64,000 bases of DNA from an uncultured Gemmataceae bacterium (GCA_963750165.1 CAVVPN010000004.1:128001-192000); one strand, 5' to 3'. Positions 11,645 through 22,564 are shown, counted from the first letter of the stretch. Notes: a model not told the origin generated them from the sequence alone. A program made the numbers and translations.

Positions 11645-11736
11645 AGCGGTTCAGGAACGGCAGGCGCACACGACGTGGCACGGCTCTGGAGAGCCGTGCC
11701 CCGGTTTGTGGTCCACACGCTCGCGAACCGCGCTAA
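11641..11736. mobile_element. MITE-like dispersed repeat, copy 1
   Basis: Terminal inverted repeats ttagagcggttc / gaaccgcgctaa (11/12 match) and an internal hairpin gcacggctctggagagccgtgc. Second copy at 56054-56179. Confidence 0.6.
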
Positions 11737-11768
11737 TTCTACGGCGTGAGGTGCGGAGAAGGCGAGGT

Positions 11769-11827
11769 GTAGGACGGCTCTCCAGAGCCGTCTCTGCCGA
11801 AGCGACGGCTCTCCAGAGCCGTCCCAC
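11769..11827. repeat. GTAG-type REP doublet (GACGGCTCTCCAGAGCCGTC family)
   Basis: gtaggacggctctccagagccgtc ... gacggctctccagagccgtcccac. Confidence 0.8.
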
Positions 11828-11853
11828 GGTTGCACAGCAGAAAGGCAACGTCC

Positions 11854-12473
11854 ATGACCGATCTTTTTGGAGACGCGCCCGCGCCAGCAGCGGGACAACT
11901 GGTGCGCGATTTTCTCGGAGTCCCGGGCCTGCTCTACCAGCCGGCCCTGCTGTCCCCGCCGGAGCAGCAGCGCATTCTGGCGGCCATCGACGCGCTGCCC
12001 TGGCTCGATGACCTCCGCCGTCGCGTCCAGCACTACGGCTATCGCTACGACTACAAGGCCCGCGCCGTCGATCCGTCCATGTACGTCGGCCCGCTGCCGG
12101 CGTTCGCCGTCGCCGTGGCGGAGCAGCTGCGGAAGCTCGGCCTGGTGGAGGACGCACCGGACCAGCTCATCGTCAACGAATACCAGCCCGGCCAGGGCAT
12201 CAGCGCTCATGTCGATTGCGAACCGTGTTTCAAAAACGTCATCGTCACCGTGAGCCTGGGCTCCGCGTACGAGATGGATTTCATCGAGGTGGCGAGTGGT
12301 GAAGTGCGCTCGGCGCTGCTGGCGACCGGCAGTGCGCTGGTGATGCGCGACGCGGGCCGTTATGACTGGATGCACCGCATCAAGGGCGCAAGAACGACCA
12401 CGGCGTGCCGCGTGGCCGCCGTGTGTCGCTGACGTTTCGCAACATCATCCTGGAGCCGGTGAAGCCTGCTTGA
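11854..12473 (+). CDS. AlkB-family 2OG-Fe(II) dioxygenase; frameshift ~12386
   Basis: RRVQHYGYRYDY, QLIVNEYQPGQGISAHVD (HxD) and WMHRI. RRVSLTFR follows in the shifted frame, ending at TGA 12471-12473. Confidence 0.88.
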
Positions 12474-12501
12474 AGGGGATGTTCTGGCTCTTTTCCTTTG
12501 G

Positions 12502-14364
12502 TCAAACCTCACCGTGCTGCGCCGTTCGCTTTCGGCGTGCCGGGCGCGGGCGAAGGACGCGCACCGTGAGCGTAAACGGCCCGATCCGATGGCCGTCCTG
12601 ACTGGTCGCGATGAGGCGATAGGTTCCGGTGCTGGTCGCACGGTAGACGATGCGCGCCTTCTTATCTCTGCCGCCGCTGTTATGCTTGGCCAGGATACTG
12701 CCCTCGGCATCTTCCAGATAGAGGTAGGCGAAGAACACCTTGCTGGTGTGCTCGAATTGATAGGTTTTGCCCCTTTCCAGCTTGACCGCGAAGATCTTGA
12801 AGGATTTCTTTTTCTGGTATCTCGCGCCGGTCGGTTCGTCGATGGTGTCCTCGAAAACCGTGAGGCCGGCGGGATTGAGTTCGAGCGGCTTTTTCAAATA
12901 AAAAAAGACTTCTTCCGGCGTGAGGAAGCCATCGTCGTTGCGATCCATCTTGAGGAATGCCGCAAGGTCCCGGCCGCTCTTCTGCCACTCGAACAGAGAG
13001 ATCTGGCCATCCTCGTCCTTGTCGATTTCCTTGAACCACACCGGTAAACCCTTCGGCAAGACGACGTTGACCTGGGCAATGACGCGCAGCGAGAGCGAAA
13101 ACGCGCCGGTATCTCTGCCGCCGACACTGGTCGCGATGATGCGGTAGGTTCCGGTCCTGACCACACTGTAAATGATGCGTGAATTCAACTCGCCGCCGAA
13201 GTCATCGTTCTCGGCCAGGATTTTGCCGTCGGCGTCTTCCAGATAGAGGAAGGCGTCGAACGCCTTGCTCACGAGGTCGATTTGATAGGTTTTGCCTTTT
13301 TCCAGCTGGACGGGGTACATCTTCGCGAGTTTTCTGCCCTGGTACTTTGTGTCGCTCGCCTGGATGGTGTCCTGGAACTTGGTGTCCTGGGACTTCTTGT
13401 TTGTGCGCTTCAGTTCGACCGACTGTTGCAAGGACTGAACGACTTCTTCCGCGGTGAGGAAGCCGTCGTCATTGCGGTCCATCTTGAGGAACTCCGCGAC
13501 ATCCTTCTTGCCCAGGCGCCACTCGTAGAGCGACACCTGGCCGTCGTCGTCCGTGTCGAGTTCCTCGAACCAGGCTGGCAGGCCCGCCGGTAGCTTGCCG
13601 CCGATGCGGTAGGTGCTCGGCACGATTTCCTCGTCCTCCTCGATGACGATGACCCGGGGAGGGACTTTCGGGTCCGGTTTGGCGTTCTCGCGCTGAAAGC
13701 GGCGTTTGGCGTAGTCGCGGTAGTATGCCTTGAACTCGGCCAGGTCGATAAGGCCGTCGAAGTTGGTGTCCCACTTCTTCCAGTCGTCCCTGAGCGCGGC
13801 GAGATCCCCGCCGTTCTTGATTATCTGAATCTCGTCGGCGTTCCAGTAGCCGTCCCCGTTGAGGTCGTAGCGGGGGAAGATGGCTGCCGCCCGTTCCTCG
13901 GCGGCCTGCTCGATGAGGGCGATTTTCTTCGGGTCCTTGGCGGTCTTCTTGCGCAATGCGTCGCGCTGCGCCCAGTAGCGCAGGAACTGGTCCTGGTCGA
14001 GCTGGCCATTGGTGATGCCGTTCTCAAAGGCGAAGAGTTCCATTTCCTCCTTGCCCTTCAACGGCTTTTGTTCGGCGATGTCGATGTAGTCATTCTCCCC
14101 GGCCAGCCGCTTGAACAGCTCGACCAGTTGCTGCGTCTTGTCGTCCAGCTTCTTCTTGTCGGCCGCGTCGTTGCCCTGCAACGGCCTTTGCTCGGCGCGG
14201 TCGATTTGGTCCCTGGCAAATCGCCTGAGCAGGTCGCCAAGTTGTTTCTGCCTGTCGGGCGCGTCCTGGCCCGGCGGCTGCGAGTGGCCGGGTTGCTTAT
14301 CAACGATGAAGAAGACGCACACCAGTGTCGCAATGACCAGCGCGAGCGCAATGTTCCAACGCAT
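12502..14364 (-). CDS. Exported EF-hand protein with two [EF-hand pair + PPC-like] modules
   Basis: N-terminal hydrophobic segment. Multiple DxDxDG loops (DLNGDG, DTNFDG, DTDDDG, DRNDDG, DKDEDG). Two LExGKTYQ...FxAxLYLEDAxGxILA...GTYRxIATS domains. Confidence 0.8.
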   Translation of the reverse strand: MRWNIALALVIATLVCVFFIVDKQPGHSQPPGQDAPDRQKQLGDLLRRFARDQIDRAEQRPLQGNDAADKKKLDDKTQQLVELFKRLAGENDYIDIAEQKPLKGKEEMELFAFENGITNGQLDQDQFLRYWAQRDALRKKTAKDPKKIALIEQAAEERAAAIFPRYDLNGDGYWNADEIQIIKNGGDLAALRDDWKKWDTNFDGLIDLAEFKAYYRDYAKRRFQRENAKPDPKVPPRVIVIEEDEEIVPSTYRIGGKLPAGLPAWFEELDTDDDGQVSLYEWRLGKKDVAEFLKMDRNDDGFLTAEEVVQSLQQSVELKRTNKKSQDTKFQDTIQASDTKYQGRKLAKMYPVQLEKGKTYQIDLVSKAFDAFLYLEDADGKILAENDDFGGELNSRIIYSVVRTGTYRIIATSVGGRDTGAFSLSLRVIAQVNVVLPKGLPVWFKEIDKDEDGQISLFEWQKSGRDLAAFLKMDRNDDGFLTPEEVFFYLKKPLELNPAGLTVFEDTIDEPTGARYQKKKSFKIFAVKLERGKTYQFEHTSKVFFAYLYLEDAEGSILAKHNSGGRDKKARIVYRATSTGTYRLIATSQDGHRIGPFTLTVRVLRPRPARRKRTAQHGEV

Positions 14365-14646
14365 GTTCAGGGCTCCCGGGCGAACCAGAGGGAACCGGGT
14401 GGTTGAAGTTGTGAGAATTCGGCTATTTGTCCATGAAGAGATGACGACCCACCCGGCTCCTGTTAACCGAGCTTGCCAGGAATGAACGCCTTCCGGGAGC
14501 ACGAATTCGACTTTGAGGATTGACTATACGCTCGCCAAGGGTCGCAGTCCACGAATTTCTTGCCGATCTGACGCGGCCTTTCATCCCGGGCATGATCCGC
14601 AGTTGCCGAGCCGTGCGCTGCTTGCCCTTCACCTCCGGCGCCGTTG

Positions 14647-14824
14647 TCACCTCGTTGTGGCCTCACCTCGTTGTGGCCTGGTCTCCGGACCAGGCCACGG
14701 CCCCCGACCGAAGGTCTCCAATGGGTGCGGGAGACCTTCGGTCCGGCCCCGTGGCCTGGTCCGGAGACCAGGCCACAACCAGGCGCTGGAACCCTGCTGG
14801 CAACGGACCACGGACCACGGACCA
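14647..14824. repeat. Composite repeat: 16-bp tandem duplication + ~110-bp palindrome + (ACGGACC)3
   Basis: tcacctcgttgtggcc x2 (14647-14678). Palindrome 14670-14779 with arms gttgtggcctggtctccggaccaggccacgg...ccgaaggtctcc. Heptamer array 14803-14824. Confidence 0.85.
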
Positions 14825-14826
14825 AC

Positions 14827-15492
14827 TTACTTCTTGACTACCTTGCCGCGCAGCCGCACGTCGGTCCAATCGCCGGTGTCGTCGAACGTGCCGACGCCGA
14901 CCTGGCCCCAGGTGAAGGTCGTGTCCGTCGCGGTCATCGCTGGCGTCTTCAGGTCGTCGAAGTACACGTCGATCTTGCCGGACTTCGTGTCGCGCACCAC
15001 GCGGATGTGGTGCCAGGTGCCGTCCTTCCACGGCGTGCCCGGTGTCGTCTTCGTTGAGATTTTCACACGGTCGGCGCCATTGACGATGAAAATCTGGTTG
15101 GCGTGGTCGTCGGTCTTCTTGCCCAGGTGGACGTAGTAAAAGTGGGCCTTGTCCTGGTAGCCGAAGAAGACGCACATGTCACGGTGGTTGTAGTCCTTGA
15201 CGGTGCTGCGCGCCTTCGCATCGAGGACAAAATCGCTGACGATCACATCCTTGCGCAGCGCGAAGTTGAAGGGACTGCGGTGCGGCGTCTTGTACTTGCT
15301 CTGCTGGAACTGGCTGAACGCTTTGCGGCCGTCCTTGAGATCAATGACCTTCCACGCGGCGGGGTCGGTCGGCTGCCAGGCGGCGGCGCCCTTGTCGAAT
15401 TTCTCGTCGAACAGCAGCGGCAGTTCGGGGCCGCCAGCGCGGGCCAGCGCTGCCAGCAGCGCCACGCCGCAACACAACAGGGATCGGATCAT
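14827..15492 (-). CDS. Secreted hypothetical protein, concanavalin/DUF1080-like beta-sandwich
   Basis: Signal peptide MIRSLLCCGVALLAALARA; DFVLD, WHHIRVVRD...IDVYFD, GQVGVGTFDD. RBS GGAG. Confidence 0.75.
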   Translation of the reverse strand: MIRSLLCCGVALLAALARAGGPELPLLFDEKFDKGAAAWQPTDPAAWKVIDLKDGRKAFSQFQQSKYKTPHRSPFNFALRKDVIVSDFVLDAKARSTVKDYNHRDMCVFFGYQDKAHFYYVHLGKKTDDHANQIFIVNGADRVKISTKTTPGTPWKDGTWHHIRVVRDTKSGKIDVYFDDLKTPAMTATDTTFTWGQVGVGTFDDTGDWTDVRLRGKVVKK

Positions 15493-15577
15493 GGGAGACT
15501 CCTGCGCGGGATACCAGGTGCGACAGGCGCTGTTGTAAGCGGCGCGTGGCGCTTTGTCTGCCGCTTGCGGCCTGGCG

Positions 15578-16351
15578 CTACGCCTTGTGCAGACAGGCGG
15601 CGATCCACTGCTGGCGCTCGTCGCCGACGGGCACGGGCGGCGGTTGGCCGTAGTCGATTTCCCGGGCGAACCGGCCGCGTTCGTAGGCCGTGGCGAACAC
15701 GGCGCCGACATCGATCAGGACATCCGGGTCAGGCTGTAGTAGTGGAACGGGCAACGGGGGCAGTGGCTCAGGCATGTTCCAATGATAAACGTCGCAATCC
15801 GGCCGGCGGTCGGCGCGTGCGCAGAAGGCGTAATAGTCCGCTGGCGGCAACGGCACCCGTAGCGGCATGCGGTGGCCGCCGAGTAGCAGGTCCAGTTCCA
15901 CCAGGTGAATTTTCTGCCGGAGCAGCGCATTGCGCCTGGACAGGTGGACGCTGTAACCCGGCTCCTCCTTGTTGGCTGGCGACAGCAGTTCCAGCACAGC
16001 CACGAGCGAGCGGTCGGGCCGGTGCAGGATCTGAATGTAGGTCTCGATGGGCTCATCCATCACAACCAGGGGCAACGTTACGGGCTGCCGCACCGTCGTC
16101 GTTGCGGGCGGCGGGGAAGCCGGCCCAACCGGACCGGGTTGTCGTTCCACGCCGACATCTGGGATAACCCGGCGCCGTTCCGGCGGCATCCCTTCGATGA
16201 GGTAAACCCGTTCCCAGATGCGCGCGGTGTAGTGATCGGGCAGCGCGTCGGACACCGCTTCGCACCAGTAGTTGATGAACCGCGAATGGAAATCCGGCCA
16301 GTGAGCGGGGGATTCCAGGTAGGGATCCATTCCGGGAAACGGGCTCGGCAT
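15578..16351 (-). CDS. DUF4058 family protein
   Basis: Signature MPSPFPGMDPYLE..HWPDFH, ELLSPANK, HLVELDLL.GG. Confidence 0.92.
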   Translation of the reverse strand: MPSPFPGMDPYLESPAHWPDFHSRFINYWCEAVSDALPDHYTARIWERVYLIEGMPPERRRVIPDVGVERQPGPVGPASPPPATTTVRQPVTLPLVVMDEPIETYIQILHRPDRSLVAVLELLSPANKEEPGYSVHLSRRNALLRQKIHLVELDLLLGGHRMPLRVPLPPADYYAFCARADRRPDCDVYHWNMPEPLPPLPVPLLQPDPDVLIDVGAVFATAYERGRFAREIDYGQPPPVPVGDERQQWIAACLHKA

Positions 16352-16369
16352 GACGAGTTCTCCTTCAAC

Positions 16370-18850
16370 TCAGGGAGTCTGGACCGCGGCGGCTTTTTTC
16401 TGCCGCTCCAGCGCCGCTTGCGCCTGGCGCGTCAGCAGGCCGGCGGCGTTGCCCTGCGCCAGACGCGCCAGCAGCTGGACCGCCGCGGGCGTGCCCATGC
16501 CTTCCAGGATTTCGATGGCCCGATACTCGCGGAACCGGGCCGGCGGCACCGGGCCATCCAGCCGAGCCAGAAGGCTCTCGATGCGCCGCCGCGTTTCCAG
16601 CGGCCGTGTCCCCGACAGCGCTTTGCGCAACGGCTCCTCGACCAGTTCAGCCAACTGCTCCAACTCGCGGCGGGCCTGGTCGCGGCGCTTGAACTGCGGA
16701 TGGCCGAGGTCGTCGATCAGTTGGGCGACGTGTTTGCCGTCCAAGGCGGGCGTCGGCGACAGGTGTTTCGCAAGGAAGGGGACGGCGCTCGCGGGGGCGT
16801 GCAGCAGATCGACCCTGGCCTCGTAAGCGTCCTTCGCGTCGGGCTGCGCCAGGGCCTGCCAGCAGGCCGCCAGCTCTTTGGGCGACAGACTGGCGCGGCG
16901 CTGCTTGCCCGACAGGTTTTTCAGGTCCCAGATGAGGGCGGTGGTGTCGTCACTGCCGGCGATCAGGCGGGTGCCGTCGGGAGAGAAATCCATCGAATAA
17001 ATCACGGGGCCTTTGTTGAAATGATAAATCTCGGTGCCGGTGAGCAATTCAAAAATCTGGGTCCGCTTGTGCGGATTGGCACGCCCGTAACCGTCGCCGC
17101 CCGAGGCCAAATACCGAGCGTCCGGGGAGAAGGCAACACAGCCGCGCCAGTTATGGTGTCCGGGTAGCGTTCTCCGGGTCTTGCCGCTGGCCACATCCAC
17201 GACAAACACTTTCTCCTCGCAGCCGACGGCCAGGGTGGTTCCGTCCGCGGAAATGGCCAGCGAAGTGATGTACTTCTCAAAGGAAAGTTTGCGCTTTGTT
17301 TTTTTGGCGACATCCAGCAACAAGACGACCCCTCCCCGGGCATGCGGGGCAGTGGCAGCGGCCAGCACTTTGGCGTCCGGGGTGAAGACCAGACTGCCGC
17401 CCTGAAAATCGCCTTCATAGAGTTTTTTCCCACCAACCGGATCCCACAAAATACACGGCCCGGCGCCCCCGGTGGCTAACAGTTTACCGTCCGGGGAAAA
17501 CACCGCCGCCAGCACCTCATTGCCGTGTTTCTCCAAGATGGCCTGTTTTTTACCGTCGGCCAACCCCCACACGATGGCGGTATGGTCCCCGCTGGCGGAG
17601 GCGAGCCATTTGCCATCGGGAGAAAGCGCCACGGCGTTGACGCTCGCGGGGTGGCCGTGGAAGGCGCGGAGTTGTCTTCCCGTGGCGGCGTCCCACAGCC
17701 GCGCGGTGCCGTCCTCGCTCCCCGAAGCGACCGTCTTGCCGTCCCGCGAAAAGACCACAGAGCGAATGGCCCCGCGGTGCGTGGCGAAGGATTTCAACTC
17801 CGCTCCCGTCGAACGGTCCAGGAATCGGACGGACTGGCCGCAGCACTGCCAGGCAATGGTTTTGCCATCGGGCGCGAACTGGACCGAGTTGACCCCCGTT
17901 GCCGGAAAGCTGCGGGCCGGCTTGTCTGGGGCGGCCAGTTCCCGGAACTGGACGGTTCGTTGATTGGAGCGGTAATCGCGGTGTGCGGAAGCAAGCGTTT
18001 TTCCGTCCGGCGAGAAGGCCAGGAACTCTACCGATCCGGCCACGGGGATCGAGTGCCGCCGCTTGCCGGTCGCCACTTCCCACAAATCCAGATGAGGCTC
18101 CCAGGAGTTGACGCCGCCGCCACTGGCCAGCATGGTCCCGTCCGGGGAGAACCGGAACGGGGAGTAAGTCTTGAATCCCTGGATTGGGTACTTGAAGGCC
18201 CCGGTCTGCACGTCCCAGAGGAACAACTTTCCCTTGTCATAGTAGGTGTCCGTGGCCACGATCTTGCCGTCTGGTGCAAAGACGACGATGGCGGCGCGGC
18301 AGGGCCGATTGTCCCGCCGAAAGGCCAACTCCTTCACCTTCTTTCCCGAAGTCGTGTCCCAGTGAAAGATGGCGTCCGCGGTGGCCGCGTACAGTGTTTT
18401 GCCGTCCGGGGAGAAGACCGCGGCGGCGGTCCAATCCGAGCCGCCGCCGAAGCCCCCCTGACGGAGCGTTTTTCGTTGCAGTGTTTTCAGGTCCCACAGG
18501 TCGATGACTGTGCCACTGAAGTCGAGCACCGCCAACTTCTGCCCGTCGGGGGAAAAAACCAGCCCGTGAACCGACCGATCCGGGAACGGCAGGCGCCGCA
18601 GTTCCTTGCCCGTGTCGGCGTCCCAAAGATAAACGACTTCGTGATCTCCGGTGGCGACGACCTTGCCGTCCGGGGAAATGGCCGCGCAGTAACAATGGCC
18701 GAAGCGCTCCGTCCCCAGGCGTACCAGCACCCCCGGCGGCAGCGCGTCACCGAAGCAATCGCGGCGCGGCCCGTCACCCGCCCAGGCCTGGCCGCCAGCC
18801 GCCAGGGCGATGCATACAACGACCGCCAGCCGTGTTCGCAGTTCGGGCAT
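16370..18850 (-). CDS. Secreted WD40-repeat protein with planctomycete-type helical C-terminus
   Basis: DCFGDALPPG..RLG leader, many FSPDGK..A...LWD repeats, C-terminal LIDDL....F..R..A...L and RAIEILE. Confidence 0.92.
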   Translation of the reverse strand: MPELRTRLAVVVCIALAAGGQAWAGDGPRRDCFGDALPPGVLVRLGTERFGHCYCAAISPDGKVVATGDHEVVYLWDADTGKELRRLPFPDRSVHGLVFSPDGQKLAVLDFSGTVIDLWDLKTLQRKTLRQGGFGGGSDWTAAAVFSPDGKTLYAATADAIFHWDTTSGKKVKELAFRRDNRPCRAAIVVFAPDGKIVATDTYYDKGKLFLWDVQTGAFKYPIQGFKTYSPFRFSPDGTMLASGGGVNSWEPHLDLWEVATGKRRHSIPVAGSVEFLAFSPDGKTLASAHRDYRSNQRTVQFRELAAPDKPARSFPATGVNSVQFAPDGKTIAWQCCGQSVRFLDRSTGAELKSFATHRGAIRSVVFSRDGKTVASGSEDGTARLWDAATGRQLRAFHGHPASVNAVALSPDGKWLASASGDHTAIVWGLADGKKQAILEKHGNEVLAAVFSPDGKLLATGGAGPCILWDPVGGKKLYEGDFQGGSLVFTPDAKVLAAATAPHARGGVVLLLDVAKKTKRKLSFEKYITSLAISADGTTLAVGCEEKVFVVDVASGKTRRTLPGHHNWRGCVAFSPDARYLASGGDGYGRANPHKRTQIFELLTGTEIYHFNKGPVIYSMDFSPDGTRLIAGSDDTTALIWDLKNLSGKQRRASLSPKELAACWQALAQPDAKDAYEARVDLLHAPASAVPFLAKHLSPTPALDGKHVAQLIDDLGHPQFKRRDQARRELEQLAELVEEPLRKALSGTRPLETRRRIESLLARLDGPVPPARFREYRAIEILEGMGTPAAVQLLARLAQGNAAGLLTRQAQAALERQKKAAAVQTP

Positions 18851-19036
18851 GGTCCCATCTCTCCGGCGCTGGGGATTGGGGTCGGCGTCCGCGGTTTTGG
18901 CTTACGCGGCAGCCCGACGACGGGCAAGGAGCCGCATTTCGCGCTGGTCCCCGTTGCAATCGGCCGCTGCGAGCATTAAAACAGCAATTGCCAGTTCCGC
19001 AACCGTTTGGCGCGATTCCGCGCGGAGGCCAGAACC

Positions 19037-20041
19037 GTGGCGCTGCTCGTTCGCATTTACTACAACGCCGTCTTCGGCGCCCTGGGCGGGCTGCTCGGCT
19101 GGATGCTGTTCGGCGTCTTCGGCGACAAGAACCCCACCGCCGAGACGCAACCGCTCCAGATGCTCATCGGCGGCACCATCATCGGCGGCATCATCGGCTA
19201 CTTCGTCGTCAGCGTTGATGCCGTGCGCGACCAGGCCCTGGCGCGCTTCGCGCGTCTGGCGTCCTACGGCTTCGTGCTCGGTGCCATCGGTGGCGCCGTC
19301 GGCATGTTCCTGGGCGACCTGGTGAACACCTGGATGATCGCGCAGTTCGGCGGCGGCGTGGTGATGGCCATGCTGGCGCGCGGCCTGGGCTGGACGCTGC
19401 TGGGCGTGGCCATCGGCATGAGCGAGGGCATCGCCGCCCGGTCGCTCGGCAAGTTCAGCTACGGCACCATCGGCGGGGCGCTGGGCGGCTTCATCGGTGG
19501 CTGTCTGTTCGGCCTGTTCTACAAGCTGGCCACCGATCCGACGGAAACCGGTGAGGCCGTCGCCGCCTCGACCTACTTCTGGAACGCCGCCGGCCTGGTG
19601 ATCCTCGGCGCGTGCATCGGTTCGCTGTCGGCGCTGGTGCAGGGCGTCTTCCAGCCGGCGTCGGTCAAGGTGATGCGCGGCTGGCAGGAGGGCCGCGAGT
19701 ACGCGCTGGACAAGCCGGCCGTCCTGCTCGGCCGCCACGAGCACGCCGACATCCCGCTGTTCCGCGACATGAAGGTCGAGAAGCAGCACGCTTACATCAA
19801 GCGCGTCGGCAAGGGCTTCGTGCTCGTCAACAATCGGGCGCCCGCGGAGTTTACCCGGGTGAACGACCAGCCGGTGCCGCATTCCGTCGAGCTGAACGAT
19901 GGCGACCGTATCCAGCTGGGCAACGTCATCCTGCGCTTCCAGGCCCGCGCCGCCGTCAACCGCCAGCGGCCGCGCCGCGCCGCGCCCGGCGCCGCCGCGG
20001 CGGCGCCCAATGCCATTATCGCCGTGCCGCGGCGCCGGTAA
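19037..20041 (+). CDS. Multi-pass membrane protein with C-terminal FHA domain
   Basis: About 6-7 Gly-rich hydrophobic helices, then LLGRHEHADI...VEKQHA...VND...LNDGDRIQLG (FHA GR/H pattern). GTG start inferred. Confidence 0.85.
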   Translation: MALLVRIYYNAVFGALGGLLGWMLFGVFGDKNPTAETQPLQMLIGGTIIGGIIGYFVVSVDAVRDQALARFARLASYGFVLGAIGGAVGMFLGDLVNTWMIAQFGGGVVMAMLARGLGWTLLGVAIGMSEGIAARSLGKFSYGTIGGALGGFIGGCLFGLFYKLATDPTETGEAVAASTYFWNAAGLVILGACIGSLSALVQGVFQPASVKVMRGWQEGREYALDKPAVLLGRHEHADIPLFRDMKVEKQHAYIKRVGKGFVLVNNRAPAEFTRVNDQPVPHSVELNDGDRIQLGNVILRFQARAAVNRQRPRRAAPGAAAAAPNAIIAVPRRR

Positions 20042-20045
20042 GGGG

Positions 20046-20100
20046 TTGCTCCCCTCGCCCGCCCCCTGCAGGGGGAGAGGGGTCGGGGGCGAGGGGGCAA
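20046..20100. repeat. GC-rich imperfect palindrome (CCCCTCGCCC...GGGCGAGGGG)
   Basis: ttgctcccctcgccc ... gggcgagggggcaa in the intergenic gap. Confidence 0.6.
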
Positions 20101-20136
20101 CAATGTTGATACGACTTTCGTGAATGGACCTTTGAC

Positions 20137-22079
20137 ATGCCGCCGATTGTCTGCCCGAGTTGCAAAAGCACCAACCCCGAGGACGCGCAGTTCTGCTTCT
20201 TCGATGGCTCCAACCTCCGCGCCCATGGGTTCGCCGACGGCAGCGTCGCGGCCGTCAACAAGCTGCCGCGCGACTTCACCTTCCCCAGCGGCCGCCACTG
20301 CCGCACCTTTGACGACCTGGTGAAGGGCTGTCAGGAAGATTGGGAGAACGCCCGCGAACTGCTCCGCGGCGGCGTCCTCGGCCAGTTCTTCCTTGGGGCC
20401 GGCCGCGCCGACCTGGCCCGCGTCGCCCAGCAAGCGCTGGCACAGCCGGACCTGGACATCGCGCTGACCACGTTCCTCGACGCCCTGCCGGCGCTGAACC
20501 GGCAAGGCCCCAAGCTCGATCTCAACCCGCGGCGCGTGCTGCTCGGCAACGTCGTGGCCGGCGAGAGCCGGCAGGTTACGCTAACCGTCAGCAACCAGGG
20601 CGTCGGCATGCTCGCCGGCTCGGTCAGCGTCGTCGAGGGCGACAAATGGCTGCGGCTGGGCGGCGGTAACAACGGCCAGTGTTCGCTCAAGACCACGCAG
20701 GACCAGAAGGTGCTCGTGCAGGTCGATACACGCGGCCTGCCCGCCGGCCAGAGTTACGGCGGCAAGCTCAACGTCATCACCAACGGCGGCGTCTCCGAGG
20801 TGCCGGTGCGCGTCGATCTGATTGCGACGCCGTTCACCGCCGGCCCGTTCAAGGGCGTCCGCAGCCAGCGCGAGCTGGCCGAGCGCATGAAGGTCAAGCC
20901 GAAAGAGGCGGCTCCGCTGCTGGAGAACGGCGACATCGCCAAATGGTTCGCGGCCAATGGCTGGACCTTCCCCATCCAGGGCGTGCCGGTTCGCGGCGTC
21001 GCCGGCGTGCAGCAGTTCTTCGAGATGATGGGCCTGTCCAAGCCGCCGCCCGTGCAGGTCACGCCCGCGGAGGTGCGCGCCAGCGGCGCTTACCCGAAGC
21101 CCCTCCGCGGTCAGGTGACGCTGCAAACCCCCGGCAAACGCTGGGTCTACGCCAGCGTCGAGAGCAGCGCCCCATGGCTGCGCGTGCTGACGCCGTCCGT
21201 CAGTGGCCCGCAGCAGGCGCCGATCAACTTCGAGATCGACACGCGCCAGGTGCCGCGCGGCCGCGCCCAGAAGCGCAGCTAAAGGTCATCGCCAACGGTG
21301 GCCAGAAACTGACGGTCACGGTGCAGGCCGCGGTGACCGGCCTGAAGGGGCCGTCGCAGCTGGCGGGACTGCTGCGGCCGCTGCTGACCTGCGTGCTGGC
21401 GTTCTTCCTGCTGCGGCTGGTGCTGGCGCCGCTGATCGACGGCTACGCGCGCGGCGCGGCGGTGTCGGTGGCGGCGACGCGCGTGGCCGGGCCAACCGAC
21501 CCGGACGGGCCGCTGCACGCCTTCGCCGGCTGGTTGCAGCTACCGTGGACGCACATCCTGCTGGCCGACGATCCGCAGGCGCTGGACAGTTATCTACCGC
21601 CGCCGCCGCTGGGCACTGCCCCGACGGAGGAGCGCGTGCGGGAGTTCCGCGACTACTATTCGGGTTACTTCGTGCGCGGCGTGACGCTGTGGACGTGGTG
21701 GATCGGGGCACTGCTCGGGGCGGGCTGGGTGCTGCGCCGCGGCGGTAACTGGTTCGATGCCCTGTTTGGCCTGATCGCCGGGGCGGTTGCGGGCGTCGCC
21801 ATCGCTGCGACGCTCGGCTGTCTGATCCTGGTGGGCGATCTGGTGCCGGAGTTCCTCTGGGGCGTGACGCTGCGCGACCAGGGCGGCGGAGCGGGGCTGC
21901 TGGTCGTGTGGGTGCTGCTGGCGGTGTTCTGCTGGACGCTGCTGGGGGCGGTGCTGGGGCTGGTACTGACGGTGCTGGGGCCGCTGGGCAAGCCGCTGCT
22001 GGTGCCGATGCAGGCGCCGCTGGTGGGACTGTGCCGTCTGGTGGGGCTGCGTGGTGTGGCGGCGTACTTCGCGGGTTAG
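20137..22079 (+). CDS. Membrane protein: Zn-ribbon-like + 2x(helical + Ig/BACON-like) module + multi-TM C-terminus; frameshift ~21268
   Basis: CPSC..NP..AQFCFFDG, Ig-like V.EGDKWL and SSAPWL strands. C-terminal TMs lie in the frame ending at 22079. Paralog of 25139..27867. Confidence 0.75.
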
Positions 22080-22086
22080 CGTTTTT

Positions 22087-22184
22087 GGCGAGCGGCGTGG
22101 CGTCAGCCCGCCGTGCAGTCTCCGACATGGCGGGTTGACGCCGCGCAGTCCCCGACACGGCGGGCTGACGCCACGCCGCTCGCC
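22087..22184. repeat. REP palindrome, GGCGAGCGGCGCGGCGTCAGCCCGCCG family, with internal duplication
   Basis: Arms ggcgagcggcgtggcgtcagcccgccgtg / cacggcgggctgacgccacgccgctcgcc plus an extra partial unit inside. Confidence 0.85.
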
Positions 22185-22564
22185 GTTGCCACCCGTAGCG
22201 ATTATGCGTGCGGCCCGCGGGAGTTTTTCCTGGCCCGGTGCGGAACTTACTGGTAAATCAGGAAGCGTGTGCGGAAAATGCTGCTTGCGGCCCACGCTGG
22301 GCGTGACCCGCCGGGCCGAAATTCCGGTGCCTGGGCTATTGCTGCAACCTCAGGCGTGTGTTAAAAATCGAGTTATGGCGGGCGTGTGCGTAGGCTCAGG
22401 ACGACGACCGAAGAAGCCCAACCATCCCCTTCCCCGTTCAGGACGACGGTACTCCCCGCACACCGACAATCGGGAGAATCACACAGCGTCACTCGGCGCT
22501 TGGATTTGCCGCAGCGGCGCAGCGGGCGGCCTGTAACTATCACCTTTGCAGAGGTCTTACTGTA

